64,000 nt of DNA, taken from positions 6,542,389 to 6,606,388 of the forward strand of contig CM121343.1 of the NCBI GenBank assembly GCA_051530055.1, given 5' to 3'. The position numbers were made by a program, and so were the translations under genes. This document shows, in pieces, positions 36,807-49,967 of the stretch; position 1 is the first letter of the stretch; every line of letters starts with the position of its first letter. The DNA is from Neoechinorhynchus agilis. Lineage: Eukaryota > Animalia > Acanthocephala. The notes below the pieces were generated by a model. The model searched no databases, was not told where the DNA came from, and worked only from the letters and a program-made list of their open reading frames with translations.

Positions 36807-39800
36807 ATGTCGTGTTCTATTCAGATAACTTCAATGAACGTCCTGAGGACGTCAAGCTCTGAATTTGAATATGAAGATCGCAGCCAGCTTTGGAAGGAAT
36901 GTGCTAATTGGTTAAGTCGATTTGGGCCGAATGTGGTGAATCCTGATATTCAATTTCTGAATTCACAGTCGCTCTTTAATCATTTAAGAAGCGGCGTTGT
37001 ATTGTGTAGTCTTGTTCACCATCTTCAGCCCAATTCGATTGATCTTTCACGAGTATCAAAGCGGCCTCAAAACTCAAGAGTCGGTTAATTTCGAGTGTTC
37101 AAGCGTAATAATTTTACTATTAGTGCAGTTTTTATGCATTGAGAACATTCGAACGTTCTTAAATGCTTGTAAGCACCACTTTGGTATGAAGGACCGCGAT
37201 CTTTTTGACCCGTATATGTTGTATGAAGGAACAGACTTCAAACAGGTTAATTACTTACACATTTTAACCAATCTTCCGTCAAAATGAGCACTTTTAGGTC
37301 TTAATTGCCCTATCAAATCTAAGCAAACGAGATTTCCTCACGCAAAGAAACTACAAGTACCAAATAACCGCCGTACGTGTTCTCCACTCATGTTTAGGCC
37401 GTTTTATGTTGATTCTTATGATACAAACTGTAAATTGAGAAACAATCGAGATGATTTCCGGTACATTTTTGTTTTCAAACATGTCACAATTAATCCCTCT
37501 TTTTTTTCCAGTAATGAAATCCATGATAAAAATGGCGATGTTTCGTCCGAAGCATCCATAGATAACACTCATCTTTCGTCCGTTCATCAAGTCTATAAAG
37601 ACTTGATATCCTCTCGTGAAAGTCAAACTAGAGAAGTTTTGTCTAATATCGATTCTGTTGAAAAGGAACAGCATTCCGTGAAAAGATACGTGGTAGATGA
37701 GTTCGTTGAAACGGAGCGTAACTATATTCGAACTCTAAATGAACTGATAAACGTTGGTTGATTTCATTAGTGATATTTTATTAGCCTTTGAAAAATAGGA
37801 ATACGGCGCTGTCTTGAATGCGATTGCAGGTGAAAAAACAAACATATCACAAAATCTTCAAGTTCGTCCTTGTGTGTCGATATTGACGATGAACGTTTAG
37901 ATCAAACCTTTAGGACATACTTGATCTTCACACATCGCTCTTTGCTCGTCTTACTGAAATTTGCGATCAACGCAGTATTGCCTATCAGTGCGAGGAGATT
38001 GCGAATTTATTTGTTGATTCGCAGGACCGTTTTCTTATTTACGGTGAATATTGCGTCGCTCTAAAAGATACTATGGAATTAGTAAAGAATTTTAAACAAA
38101 CTGATATGCCTTGTTATGAGAGACTTGTCCCGGTAAATCAATAACCAATATTCTTTACTCATAAGGTGAAGTTCGCATTGAACAAATAGGATCGAAATGG
38201 TTCTAACAAAACGAATTCTCAAACCGATGAACAATTACGGCGGTTTCATTTGGAAGATTTATTAGCTGTACCGTTTCAAAGAGTGCTAAAATATAATATG
38301 CTACTGTCGGTTAGTACATTATCAAATAATCTTTTTTAAATGAAATGGAATGTCTTTAGCAAATGTCGAAAGAGGATAGTGAAAGTGTTGAAAAATTTCA
38401 AACCCAATCAAAGGCAATTCAGGATGCACTTGATGCCACAGCTGTAAGTTCAATTTTTTTCAATTGCTTTTAACCTCTCTTAAAGGATGTAAATAGGTTT
38501 ATCAACGAAATAAAACGTGATAATGAAAACCTTTTGATCATTCGCGAAATTCAGAAAAAAATGAGCAATATCAAGCTTGTACGCGTACTTAAAATCCATT
38601 TCCTTCGATCTTGGAACCTTTAGCCATCGTGCCTACTTGGCTTACATGATTACGGTCGTTTCCTTATGGACGGCAGATTGAAGGTGGCAACAAAAAAACC
38701 GGTTGATTTTCGAGCAAGGTAAACATTAAAATATTACACTTTTCACTTTATTGACCACAATTTCAAGTTAACTAAAATTTGAGTGGTTCTTTTTGAACCA
38801 ACATTTATTAAATTTGGAATATTAATATCGGTCTTATCTAACATTCAACCCAGCCTGGCATTTCTTTAAAGAGCTTCTCCAAATATCACAAACCTTCTCT
38901 TTTTCCCTGTTACTCTGACTTTATTGACAGAGGAGAAACAAATAATGTCAGAGTTCTTTGCTCGAAGTGGTGGTTGCAGCAATAGAAAATCGGCATTCAG
39001 AAATTAGGCGTGATTATACAATACTCAAGGACGGTCACGAACTTGACGCATTCTATGCAATCTTTGTCTTGTACCTAACAATAGTAGCCAAAATGGCAGC
39101 ATTCCTCTTCTGTTTTTATCAAAATGAGAAGCTAAGTAGTCAATTTACATTGATTCAGAACAAGGAACCGCCGATTTGCAAACAAAATGCAAGTCGTTTG
39201 TGAAAGTGGATAAATACGAGATCAACTGCCAAGTCCACCACAACTCCGTCCTCGGGCGGTACTTTTCTCGGTCCCTGCTCTCATTTATACGTCGAAGCAT
39301 TAATAAACATACAAATCGTGTTGGTTGTTCATTTATTAGGTATTCAACATTGAATAGTTTTAATCCTTGTTCACGTATAAAGTTTTCATCATTAAATTTT
39401 TGTTTGTTCCTTATAGCCGGCTTATTTCTTTTAGCCGGGTATAAAAAACAAACTAAAATTTAATGATGATATCAAACAAATCGGCTTGCAAGTAAAACTT
39501 AAAATATAAGGTTTTCATTGAACAAAATAGTTCTAAGCGTAAACTATAATTTAGGACAGTATTCATGTTTGAAAAAGTATTATTGATTTGCAAACGAAAG
39601 GTAATTTAAGTATAATTTTAACATTTTCGGCCATAAAACCGCATAGGGAGAGTCTTACACATTTAAGGATCTTTTGAATTTGTCACAATTAAAAACAAAT
39701 GATGATGGTACAACTAATATGGACAAGAAGGTATTCTTTTTTTTCGAAATGATATGCATCAACATCGGTTCAAAGGATTTAATCGTCCTTCAAGACAAGC

Positions 39801-41335
39801 ATTTCAAGTCCAACACGTATTTTTTCCAGTCCAAAAATCCTACTGATACGAAGCTATGGAAAAGTAGATTTTCCGAATCAATGTACGTTCTCGTTTTATA
39901 TGTCCGTGGACCATAATAATCAAAACCTTAGAGGTAAATTCGATAGCGATAAACTCAGTGCGAACGGCCATGAATTCGTGTATTCGACATTCGGAAAACA
40001 TGAATTAAGATGCGATGAATGTCGCAAATATCTTACGTAAATGATTAAAGACGATTAATTGTCAAAAATTAAAGGAAAATGTTTAGTGGCTTGTTTTTAC
40101 AAGGATTCAGGTGCCAAATGTGCCGCAGAAAGGTCCACAAAGAATGTATTGCCACAAGCAACAATCCTTGTGGCTATTTGCTTACAAAAAACGGAGGTAA
40201 AAAATAATGTATTTTCGAGAGAATTAGTTGATGATGTTAAGTTATAGAAAGAGCTTTGATTTTTCTAGAATTTACTGCTTTTATCAAATTTTAACGTTTA
40301 TGGAAAAACATGGAAGTTATTAAGACGACCGCATAGATTTTAATATATTTTCTTTTATCGCTACGATTCATCGGATTTTAGAGCAACCGCGTCCAATTGG
40401 ACCGTCCGTTATTCAACGACGCCATTTGAGTGTTCGGCTGCCTCAATCATTCAGACTATCTCAAAAAGAAAAAAATATTAAAAGTAGAATACCGAGCAGT
40501 CGTGCCAAAGTGAGACATGCTCATTCAATATTTGGAAACCCTGATCATCTTAGAGGTACCGTTGATTTCCGAAGGACTTCGCGAATTTTCTTAATTAAGG
40601 TTTTGTTCAAGTTGTCTATGCTGCGAATTCCATCAATTTATCGAATGAAACTAAGATGTTTCCTGTACTCAGTGTTAATCCTGGTGATATAATCAATGTA
40701 CTTGAGGATGATGACGACGACTGGTGGATGGTAAATTATCTTTAAAAACTGGATAAATACTTTTCTGATTTTAAGGGAACAAATGTGAACACTGGTGATT
40801 GTGGCTGGTTTCCTAGTGTTATAACCCAACCGATTAGTGTTTGCAACCGCTCAAACGATAATAGAGCTTTTTCTACGTTATCGAGAAATCAGTGGTATTT
40901 AGACTGTTCAAGAGAAGCTGCAGAACTGCTTCTTGCAAAATCCACCGTTCCTAATGACACATTTCTCGTGAGACCAAGGCGGACAAGGTCAAATCCGGAA
41001 TCCTTATATTCCCTGTCCTTAAAGTAAGTGAAAAAATTTAAGTCTTTTATATTCTGTACACTGAACTTTAAAGGCACAGAGATAAAATTTACCATATCCG
41101 TATTCTACAGGACTCAGGGAACGCTCAAAAAAATCCAAAGGTGTTTATATCGCGACATTCGCTATTTTCAAATATTGAAGTCAGTCGTTCAAATTACCAC
41201 TTTTCCACCTTCACGTTTGCAATTTAGAGCCTGATTGATTATTACACTCATAATTCACTTGAACCTTTTTTTAAACCGATCAAATCAACCTTGGGTAATC
41301 CTATTAAGAGTCTTAACATTGATTTGCCACAATAA
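36807..41335 (+). CDS. VAV: Vav family Rho/Rac guanine nucleotide exchange factor (CH-acidic-DH-PH-C1-SH3-SH2), multi-exon
   Basis: CH (LWKECANWL, LRSGVVLCSLVHHL, QFLCIENIRTFLNAC); DH (VVDEFVETERNYIRTL, EDLLAVPFQRVLKYNMLL); PH (YGRFLMDG, TVFMFEKVLLICKRK); C1 (HEFVYSTF...CDECRK, GFRCQMCRRKVHKEC); SH3 (GDIINVLEDDDDDWWM|GTN...GWFP); SH2 (QWY...TFLVRP...YHIRI...LIDYYTHNSL). Stop TAA at 41333-41335. Confidence 0.95.
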
Positions 41336-42182
41336 CACTCTTGAATCGATTGAGACGTTGGCTGATGTACTCAGTTGTATTATAACAAACTCTGGATGTA
41401 GATCCTTGTTTTTGTTTAACACTAACTTGTTTCTTTACTTTGGTAAAGCTCTATCTCGATGAATGCTCGGATCGGTAATGCGGAATGTATTTTTATGAAT
41501 TCTTTGCCAATACAATCTATAAATCGGGGATATGTTGCAAAATTACTTCCCATTTTAGTTGCTCCGGAACATTCGTGGTAACTAACGGTCTATAGAAACG
41601 AAACTCGCACTTTCAACGATATCTGAAGGTGCATTTTGTCAGACGCATTATGAATTTACGGCCTAAAATCATTGTTTACTCACTGAAAGTTTCTTTATTC
41701 TCGATACTAAACAAAATGTGACATTCCAGTAACTAAAATGCATTCTATGATTGAGCCACTAAACAAACCGTTTTCGCCAAAAGCAATTTTTATCAGCAGA
41801 GATCAAGCCTTAAATGTTGATAGTATCTTAAATATTGAATTACTTAGAAATCGGATGTTGTCAACAGGAAATCTCAGAACAACACAAATGTTTCAAAGGG
41901 AAATTGGTTTCCGTTATAAATTAAACAAATTCATAATATATTTAGTTTTTAAGCAGTGCATCCAAAATTCAAAATATTTTGGATTCGAAAGTTACCGGAT
42001 TTTCCCGAAGGCAATAACACAATTAGCTCATCGATCGAATTTGCGAACAAAACATTTTTCTACTCGGATTTCATTCTGGATATTTCAGCTTCTAATCACC
42101 AAAATCAATGATAAATACGAATGTCTCAATTTATTACCTTGTGTTCCACTAAAGCTTTTTTTATCCATTACAGCATCCTTAT

Positions 42183-42793
42183 TCACTGAGCGCATTCCTT
42201 CGATTCCCTGACGATCCATTCGAATATCTCTGCAATTTCTTCTATCTGTTTTTTCGCTGCTAATCGTCTCCTATGTTTCGGTGAGTTTCGATGGATTTTG
42301 AGCACTTCTTCGGTATTGACTTCACAGCAGCATACATCACATCCAAGTTCTATTTCAGAAAGAGCTCGTCTCTTTATATACACCAATCGATTCCTATGGC
42401 TAATACACAATTCCAAACTGAAATGGACTAGGGAATTCTCTGGTCCTGTAAATCTGACATGACAAAGCTTACAAAAAGGCGGAGTTGGATCCGGTGCATT
42501 TTGAATTGGCTTATCTCGAAGCGTTGGCCACTCACATATTGCAATGATTTCTAACTAAAGATATCTAATAAAAAAAGCAGGAACCATTGTATCAAGGTGT
42601 ATATTATGCTAGGCTGAATATGAGGAAACTTCACAATTGCTTTCTGGGATAAATATGAACGTGTCTTAATCACTTCTTCATTTAAACTCACTTTGTTATT
42701 AGTGTCCATTTTCATTGTGCTAACGGTGCCTAAGGTGGAAACGTGAATACTAGCACCGTTTTTGTTGTAGCTGGTTTTTAATTTGTTGCGCAA
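42183..42793 (-). CDS. Protein with two matrin/U1-type C2H2 zinc fingers (ZMAT/ZNF385/JAZ-like, RNA-binding type)
   Basis: In-frame FCKLCHVRFTGPENSLVHFSLELCISHRNRL and GCDVCCCEVNTEEVLKIHRNSPKHRRRL; upstream exon in ORF 42551-42793. The gene may continue toward about 41300. Confidence 0.7.
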
Positions 42794-42942
42794 TTTTAAG
42801 CATTTGTGGGTTTACGTCGATTAAAGTTTGATTTTTTTGTTTCGACTGGAGTTTTTCTTTAATTTCTTACCTTCTCAACATCAATAAAGAGAGAGGTTTT
42901 TATCGAACAACGTCTAGAAATCAAACTTCAACCTTTAATTCG

Positions 42943-45900
42943 ACCAATTATTGCGCTACAACGTCTTTATTTTTCTTCAGAGACGGACGTTGGTGTCCCA
43001 GATTATCCAGTTTTGCGATATTGCAAAATATCCATTTCCCCATCATTATTACACGAGTGACTTGGTTCGAATAGAAACATAAAAAGTGAACTGGAACAAC
43101 CGATTCTTAAATTTTATAAACCAATTATTGCGCTGCAAAGTCTTTATTTTTCTTCAGAAACGGACGTTGGTGTCCCAGATTATCCCGTTTTGCGATATTG
43201 CAAAATATCCATTTCCCCATCATTATTACACGAGTGACTTTGTTCGAATAGAAACATAAAAAGTGAACTGGAACAATCGATTCTTAAATTTTATAAACCA
43301 ATTATTGTGCTACAACGTCTTTATTTTTCTTCAGAACGGACGTTGGTGTCCCAGATTATCCAGTTTTGCGATATTGCAAAATATCCATTCCCATCATTAT
43401 TACACGAGTGACTTTGTTCGAATAGAAACATAAAAGTGAACTGGAACAATCGATTCTTAAATTTATAAACCAATTGGCTCAAGTCTTTATTTTTCTTCAG
43501 ACGGACGTTGGTGTCCCAGATTATCCAGTTTTGCGATATTGCAAAATATCCATTTCCCCATCATTATTACACGAGTGACTTTGTTCGAATAGAAACATAA
43601 AAAGTGAACTGGAACAATCGATTCTTAAATTTTATAAACCAATTATTGTGCTACAACGTCTTATTTTCTTCAGAGACGGACGTTGGTGTCCCAGATTATC
43701 CAGTTTTGCGATATTGCAAAATATCCATTTCCCATCATTATTACGAGTGACTTTGTTCGAATAGAAACATAAAAAGTGAACTGGAACAATCGATTCTTAA
43801 ATTTTATAAACCAATTATTGCGCTACAACGTCTTTATTTTTCTTCAGAGACGGACGTTGGTGTCCCAGATTATCCAGTTTTGCGATATTGCAAAATATCC
43901 ATTTCCCCATCATTATTACACGAGTGACTTTGTTCGAATAGAAACATAAAAAGTGAACTGGAACAATCGATTCTTAAATTTTATAAACCAATTATTGTGC
44001 TACAACGTCTTTATTTTTCTTCAGAGACGGACGTTGGTGTCCCAGATTATCCAGTTTTGCGATATTGCAAAATATCCATTTCCCCATCATTATTACACGA
44101 GTGACTTTGTTCGAATAGAAACATAAAAAGTGAACTGGAACAATCGATTCTTAAATTTTATAAACCAATTATTGTGCTACAACGTCTTTATTTTTCTTCA
44201 GAGACGGACGTTGGTGTCCCAGATTATCCAGTTTTGCGATATTGCAAAATATCCATTTCCCCATCATTATTACACGAGTGACTTTGTTCGAATAGAAACA
44301 TAAAAAGTGAACTGGAACAATCGATTCTTAAATTTTATAAACCAATTATTGTGCTACAACGTCTTTATTTTTCTTCAGAGACGGACGTTGGTGTCCCAGA
44401 TTATCCAGTTTTGCGATATTGCAAAATATCCATTTCCCATCATTATTACACGAGTGACTTTGTTCGAATAGAAACATAAAAAGTGAACTGGAACAATCGA
44501 TTCTTAAATTTTATAAACCAATTATTGTGCTACAACGTCTTTATTTTTCTTCAGAGACGGACGTTGGTGTCCCAGATTATCCAGTTTTGCGATATTGCAA
44601 AATATCCATTTCCCCATCATTATTACACGAGTGACTTTGTTCGAATAGAAACATAAAAAGTGAACTGGAACAATCGATTCTTAAATTTTATAAACCAATT
44701 ATTGTGCTACAACGTCTTTATTTTTCTTCAGAGACGGACGTTGGTGTCCCAGATTATCCAGTTTTGCGATATTGCAAAATATCCATTTCCCCATCATTAT
44801 TACACGAGTGACTTTGTTCGAATAGAAACATAAAAAGTGAACTGGAACAATCGATTCTTAAATTTTATAAACCAATTATTGTGCTACAACGTCTTTATTT
44901 TTCTTCAGAGACGGACGTTGGTGTCCCAGATTATCCAGTTTTGCGATATTGCAAAATATCCATTTCCCCATCATTATTACACGAGTGACTTTGTTCGAAT
45001 AGAAACATAAAAAGTGAACTGGAACAATCGATTCTTAAATTTTATAAACCAATTATTGTGCTACAACGTCTTTATTTTTCTTCAGAGACGGACGTTGGTG
45101 TCCCAGATTATCCAGTTTTGCGATATTGCAAAATATCCATTTCCCCATCATTATTACACGAGTGACTTTGTTCGAATAGAAACATAAAAAGTGAACTGGA
45201 ACAATCGATTCTTAAATTTTATAAACCAATTATTGTGCTACAACGTCTTTATTTTTCTTCAGAGACGGACGTTGGTGTCCCAGATTATCCAGTTTTGCGA
45301 TATTGCAAAATATCCATTTCCCCATCATTATTACGAGTGACTTTGTTCGAATAGAAACATAAAAAGTGAACTGGAACAATCGATTCTTAAATTTTATAAA
45401 CCAATTATTGTGCTACAACGTCTTTATTTTTCTTCAGAGACGGACGTTGGTGTCCCGATTATCCAGTTTTGCGATATTGCAAAATATCCATTTCCCCATC
45501 ATTATTACACGAGTGACTTTGTTCGAATAGAAACATAAAAAGTGAACTGGAACAATCGATTCTTAAATTTTATAAACCAATTATTGTGCTACAACGTCTT
45601 TATTTTTCTTCAGAGACGGACGTTGGTGTCCCAGATTATCCAGTTTTGCGATATTGCAAAATATCCATTTCCCCATCATTATTACACGAGTGACTTTGTT
45701 CGAATAGAAACATAAAAAGTGAACTGGAACAATCGATTCTTAAATTTTATAAACCAATTATTGTGCTACAACGTCTTTATTTTTCTTCAGAGACGGACGT
45801 TGGGTGTCCCAGATTATCCAGGTTTTGCGATATTGCAAAATATCCATTTCCCCATCATTATTACACGAGTGACTTTGTTCGAATAGAAACATAAAAAGTG

Positions 45901-47349
45901 AACTGGAACAATCGATTCTTAAATTTTATAAACCAATTATTGCGCTACAAAGTCTTTATTTTTCTTCAGAGACGGACGTTGGTGTCCCAGATTATCCAGT
46001 TTTGCGATATTGCAAAATATCCATTTCCCCATCATTATTACACGAGTGACTTTGTTCGAATAGAAACATAAAAAGTGAACTGGAACAATCGATTCTTAAA
46101 TTTTATAAACCAATTATTGCGCTACAAAGTCTTTATTTTTCTTCAGAGACGGACGTTGGTGTCCCAGATTATCCAGTTTTGCGATATTGCAAAATATCCA
46201 TTTCCCCATCATTATTACACGAGTGACTTTGTTCGAATAGAAACATAAAAAGTGAACTGGAACAATCGATTCTTAAATTTTATAAACCAATTATTGCGCT
46301 ACAACGTCTTTATTTTTCTTCAGAGACGGACGTTGGTGTCCCAGATTATCCAGTTTTGCGATATTGCAAAATATCCATTTCCCCATCATTATTACACGAG
46401 TGACTTTGTTCGAATAGAAACATAAAAAGTGAACTGGAACAATCGATTCTTAAATTTTATAAACCAATTATTGTGCTACAACGTCTTTATTTTTCTTCAG
46501 AGACGGACGTTGGTGTCCCAGATTATCCAGTTTTGCGATATTGCAAAATATCCATTTCCCCATCATTATTACACGAGTGACTTTGTTCGAATAGAAACAT
46601 AAAAAGTGAACTGGAACAATCGATTCTTAAATTTTATAAACCAATTATTGTGCTACAACGTCTTTATTTTTCTTCAGAGACGGACGTTGGTGTCCCAGAT
46701 TATCCAGTTTTGCGATATTGCAAAATATCCATTTCCCCATCATTATTACACGAGTGACTTTGTTCGAATAGAAACATAAAAAGTGAACTGGAACAATCGA
46801 TTCTTAAATTTTATAAACCAATTATTGTGCTACAACGTCTTTATTTTTCTTCAGAGACGGACGTTGGTGTCCCAGATTATCCAGTTTTGCGATATTGCAA
46901 AATATCCATTTCCCCATCATTATTACACGAGTGACTTTGTTCGAATAGAAACATAAAAAGTGAACTGGAACAATCGATTCTTAAATTTTATAAACCAATT
47001 ATTGTGCTACAACGTCTTTATTTTTCTTCAGAGACGGACGTTGGTGTCCCAGATTATCCAGTTTTGCGATATTGCAAAATATCCATTTCCCCATCATTAT
47101 TACACGAGTGACTTTGTTCGAATAGAAACATAAAAAGTGAACTGGAACAATCGATTCTTAAATTTTATAAACCAATTATTGTGCTACAACGTCTTTATTT
47201 TTCTTCAGAGACGGACGTTGGTGTCCCAGATTATCCAGTTTTGCGATATTGCAAAATATCCATTTCCCCATCATTATTACACGAGTGACTTTGTTCGAAT
47301 AGAAACATAAAAAGTGAACTGGAACAATCGATTCTTAAATTTTATAAAC
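42943..47349. repeat. Highly homogeneous tandem array, 177-bp unit, about 25 copies
   Basis: aaccaattattgtgctacaacgtc...aaattttata at 43986, 44163 and onward (177-bp spacing). Confidence 0.98.
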
Positions 47350-48428
47350 TTAGTTTTCTAGCGTCATCAACTCACATAATTTGCTGAATATTAGCATAAC
47401 TATGCTGAGTTGCTCATTATGTCTCAATATGGCATAAAAAGAACACGAGAAATTCCTTGATTCTCTAAACGTACCCCTATGCAGCTGAGAAGTGTTTTCC
47501 TTGAGCTCATGTTTGATAGTTTTCTTAACTTATTAGCAATTCAATTATCAATGGTAAGCATTATAATCTAAAAGAAGAGTTTTATTAGGCGGCTTGATAC
47601 TGTTTTAAAAGAAAACGTCTTAAACTTGAACCCAATCATTTTTATGGCTCTAACGTCTCAATGATTTTGTTCAACTTTTGTTCAGTCGTTTACTGAACCA
47701 AGGACACAAAGATTGAACACTTTCCCTCCTCAATTCTAAAGATTAAAATAGCTCACAACATTTATAAGTTTTAAAAAAGTATAATTTTTCAAAACAAAAA
47801 GGTTACTCTTTTCTAATCTCGTTCAATAAAGCAGCGATCCATTTACGATTAAAATAACTCAAAGCATTTATATGTTTTAAATCGTTAAATCACACAAAGA
47901 CATTTTCATCCTTTTTCGCATAATCCACAACAAACATGAAAAATCATTAGCAAAATGTAAAAAAGATATTCCCGCAAATGTCCCGTTTAAGCTTACTGGT
48001 CATCATGTTTTTTGAGGGGATATTGTTTTCGGAAATTTCAGATTAAACTAGAATATAAGGATAGACGGATTCCGTGAATAATGTCGATTAGAAGAGCATA
48101 AAGTTATTGAAATAAATAGAAATTGCAAAAAGAAATTCAAAGTAGCAGTAATAAAGTTCCAACTTAAAAGACGATCAATATTTAATAATAGCAAGGAACA
48201 ATGTGTTCCTAAATTGGTTGCGCCAAAGTGATCGCTTATTTAGCAATGAAAAAAGTTTTATAACTTATTAGTAAAAATTCACCTTTTAGAAAAATAAAAA
48301 GAAGTTTTGGTATTCGATCTTGGAGGTAAATCAAGACCTTTTTGACCGTACCGATCTAGTTCTATGAAATTTTGAATTGTGTGTGTGGTGAATATACTCG
48401 CTCGGTTAAAAATCATTTTATTATTCGC

Positions 48429-49709
48429 GAAATATTTCAAAAGAGGAAACTTCGAATTTTTAAATATGTAAGTTCGCAAAATATTTCCTAATAATAAAAT
48501 GATTTTAACCGAGCGATGGATTTTCTCTCGATATGATTAAATTCTGTTTAACTTCTCATCTCACGTTTTTAAATATAATAACAAAAAATGAGATTTCATA
48601 GAATGTATTCTGGACGATTAAAAAAAGGTTTCTCGATATGATTAAATTCTGTTTAACTTCTCATCTCACGTTTTTAAATATAATAACAAAAATGAGATTT
48701 CATAGAATGCATTCTGGACGATTAAAAAAAGGTTTCTCGATATGATTAAATTTTGTTTAACTTCTTATCTCACGTTTTTTAAGATAATAAGAAAAATGAG
48801 ATTTCATAGAATGCATTTTGGACGATTAAAAAAGGTTTTTCGGTATGATTAAATTCTGTTTAACTTCTCATCTCACGTTTTTAAATATAATAACAAAAAA
48901 TGAGATTTCATAGAATGTATTCTGGACGATTAAAAAAAGGAAAATATACTAAATGTGAATCCTTCAAATATTGGATTCATAGTTTAATTTATTAATTTAT
49001 GTTTCTAAGCTTCAAATGCGATTTGCTAAACAAAATTTGTTGGCGTTTTATCGCAGTTCAAAAAAAGCAATGCGAGAAGCTTCTTTTTTCTTAGTTTTCT
49101 TTAAAACTTACATATTTAAAAAGGCGAGGTTTCCTCTTTCGAAATATTTCCTAATAATAAAATAATTTTTAACCGAGCGATGGATTTTCTCTCGATATGA
49201 TTAAATTCTGTTTAACTTCTCATCTCACGTTTTTTAAGATAATAAGAAAAATGAGAATTCATACAATGCATTCTGGACGATTAAAAAAAGGTTTCTCGAT
49301 ATGATTAAATTCTGTTTAACTTCTCATCTCACGTTTTTTAAGATAATAAGAAAAATGAGAATTCATACAATGCATTCTGGACGATTAAAAAAAGGTTTCT
49401 CGATATGATTAAATTTTGTTTAACTTCTCATCTCACGTTTTTAAATATAATAACAAAAAATGAGATTTCATAGAATGCATTCTGGACGATTAAAAAAAGG
49501 AAAATATACTAAATGTGAATCCTTCAAATATTGGATTCATAGTTTAATTTATTAATTTATGTTTCTAAGCTTCAAATGCGATTTGCTGAACAAAATTTGT
49601 TGGCGTTTTATCGTAGTTCAAAAAGCAATGCGAGAAGCTTATTTTTTTCATAGTTATCTTTAAAACTTACATATTAAAAAACGCGAGGTTTCCTCTTTCG
49701 AAATATTTC
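48429..49709. mobile_element. Non-autonomous TIR element with an internal 105-bp tandem repeat; interior plus right TIR duplicated
   Basis: Left TIR 48429-48474 (gaaatatttcaaaagaggaaac...taaatatgtaagtt) is the reverse complement of 49105-49150 and 49664-49709. Between them are 4 and then 3 copies of a 105-bp unit plus an about 240-bp block. Confidence 0.7.
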
Positions 49710-49967
49710 CTCGGGATGAAATTATTGCGTTATTTGTGTACTCTAAACTGCGATGCTCGTATGATTTTTAAACTGCAAAGAACACTTAAATTCCATGTTC
49801 TTTGTATTCGACTTCATAAGTGCAAATAAATAATTTTGACAAATTGGTTTTTTTTGTACCATTAAATAGTTCGCCACTTTTCTAACGCACAAACACAAGA
49901 ATCGCACGATATTTAAAGTTCAAAATCGTTCAAATCATGAGTGCACGAAAAGTATTCATTTTACTAA

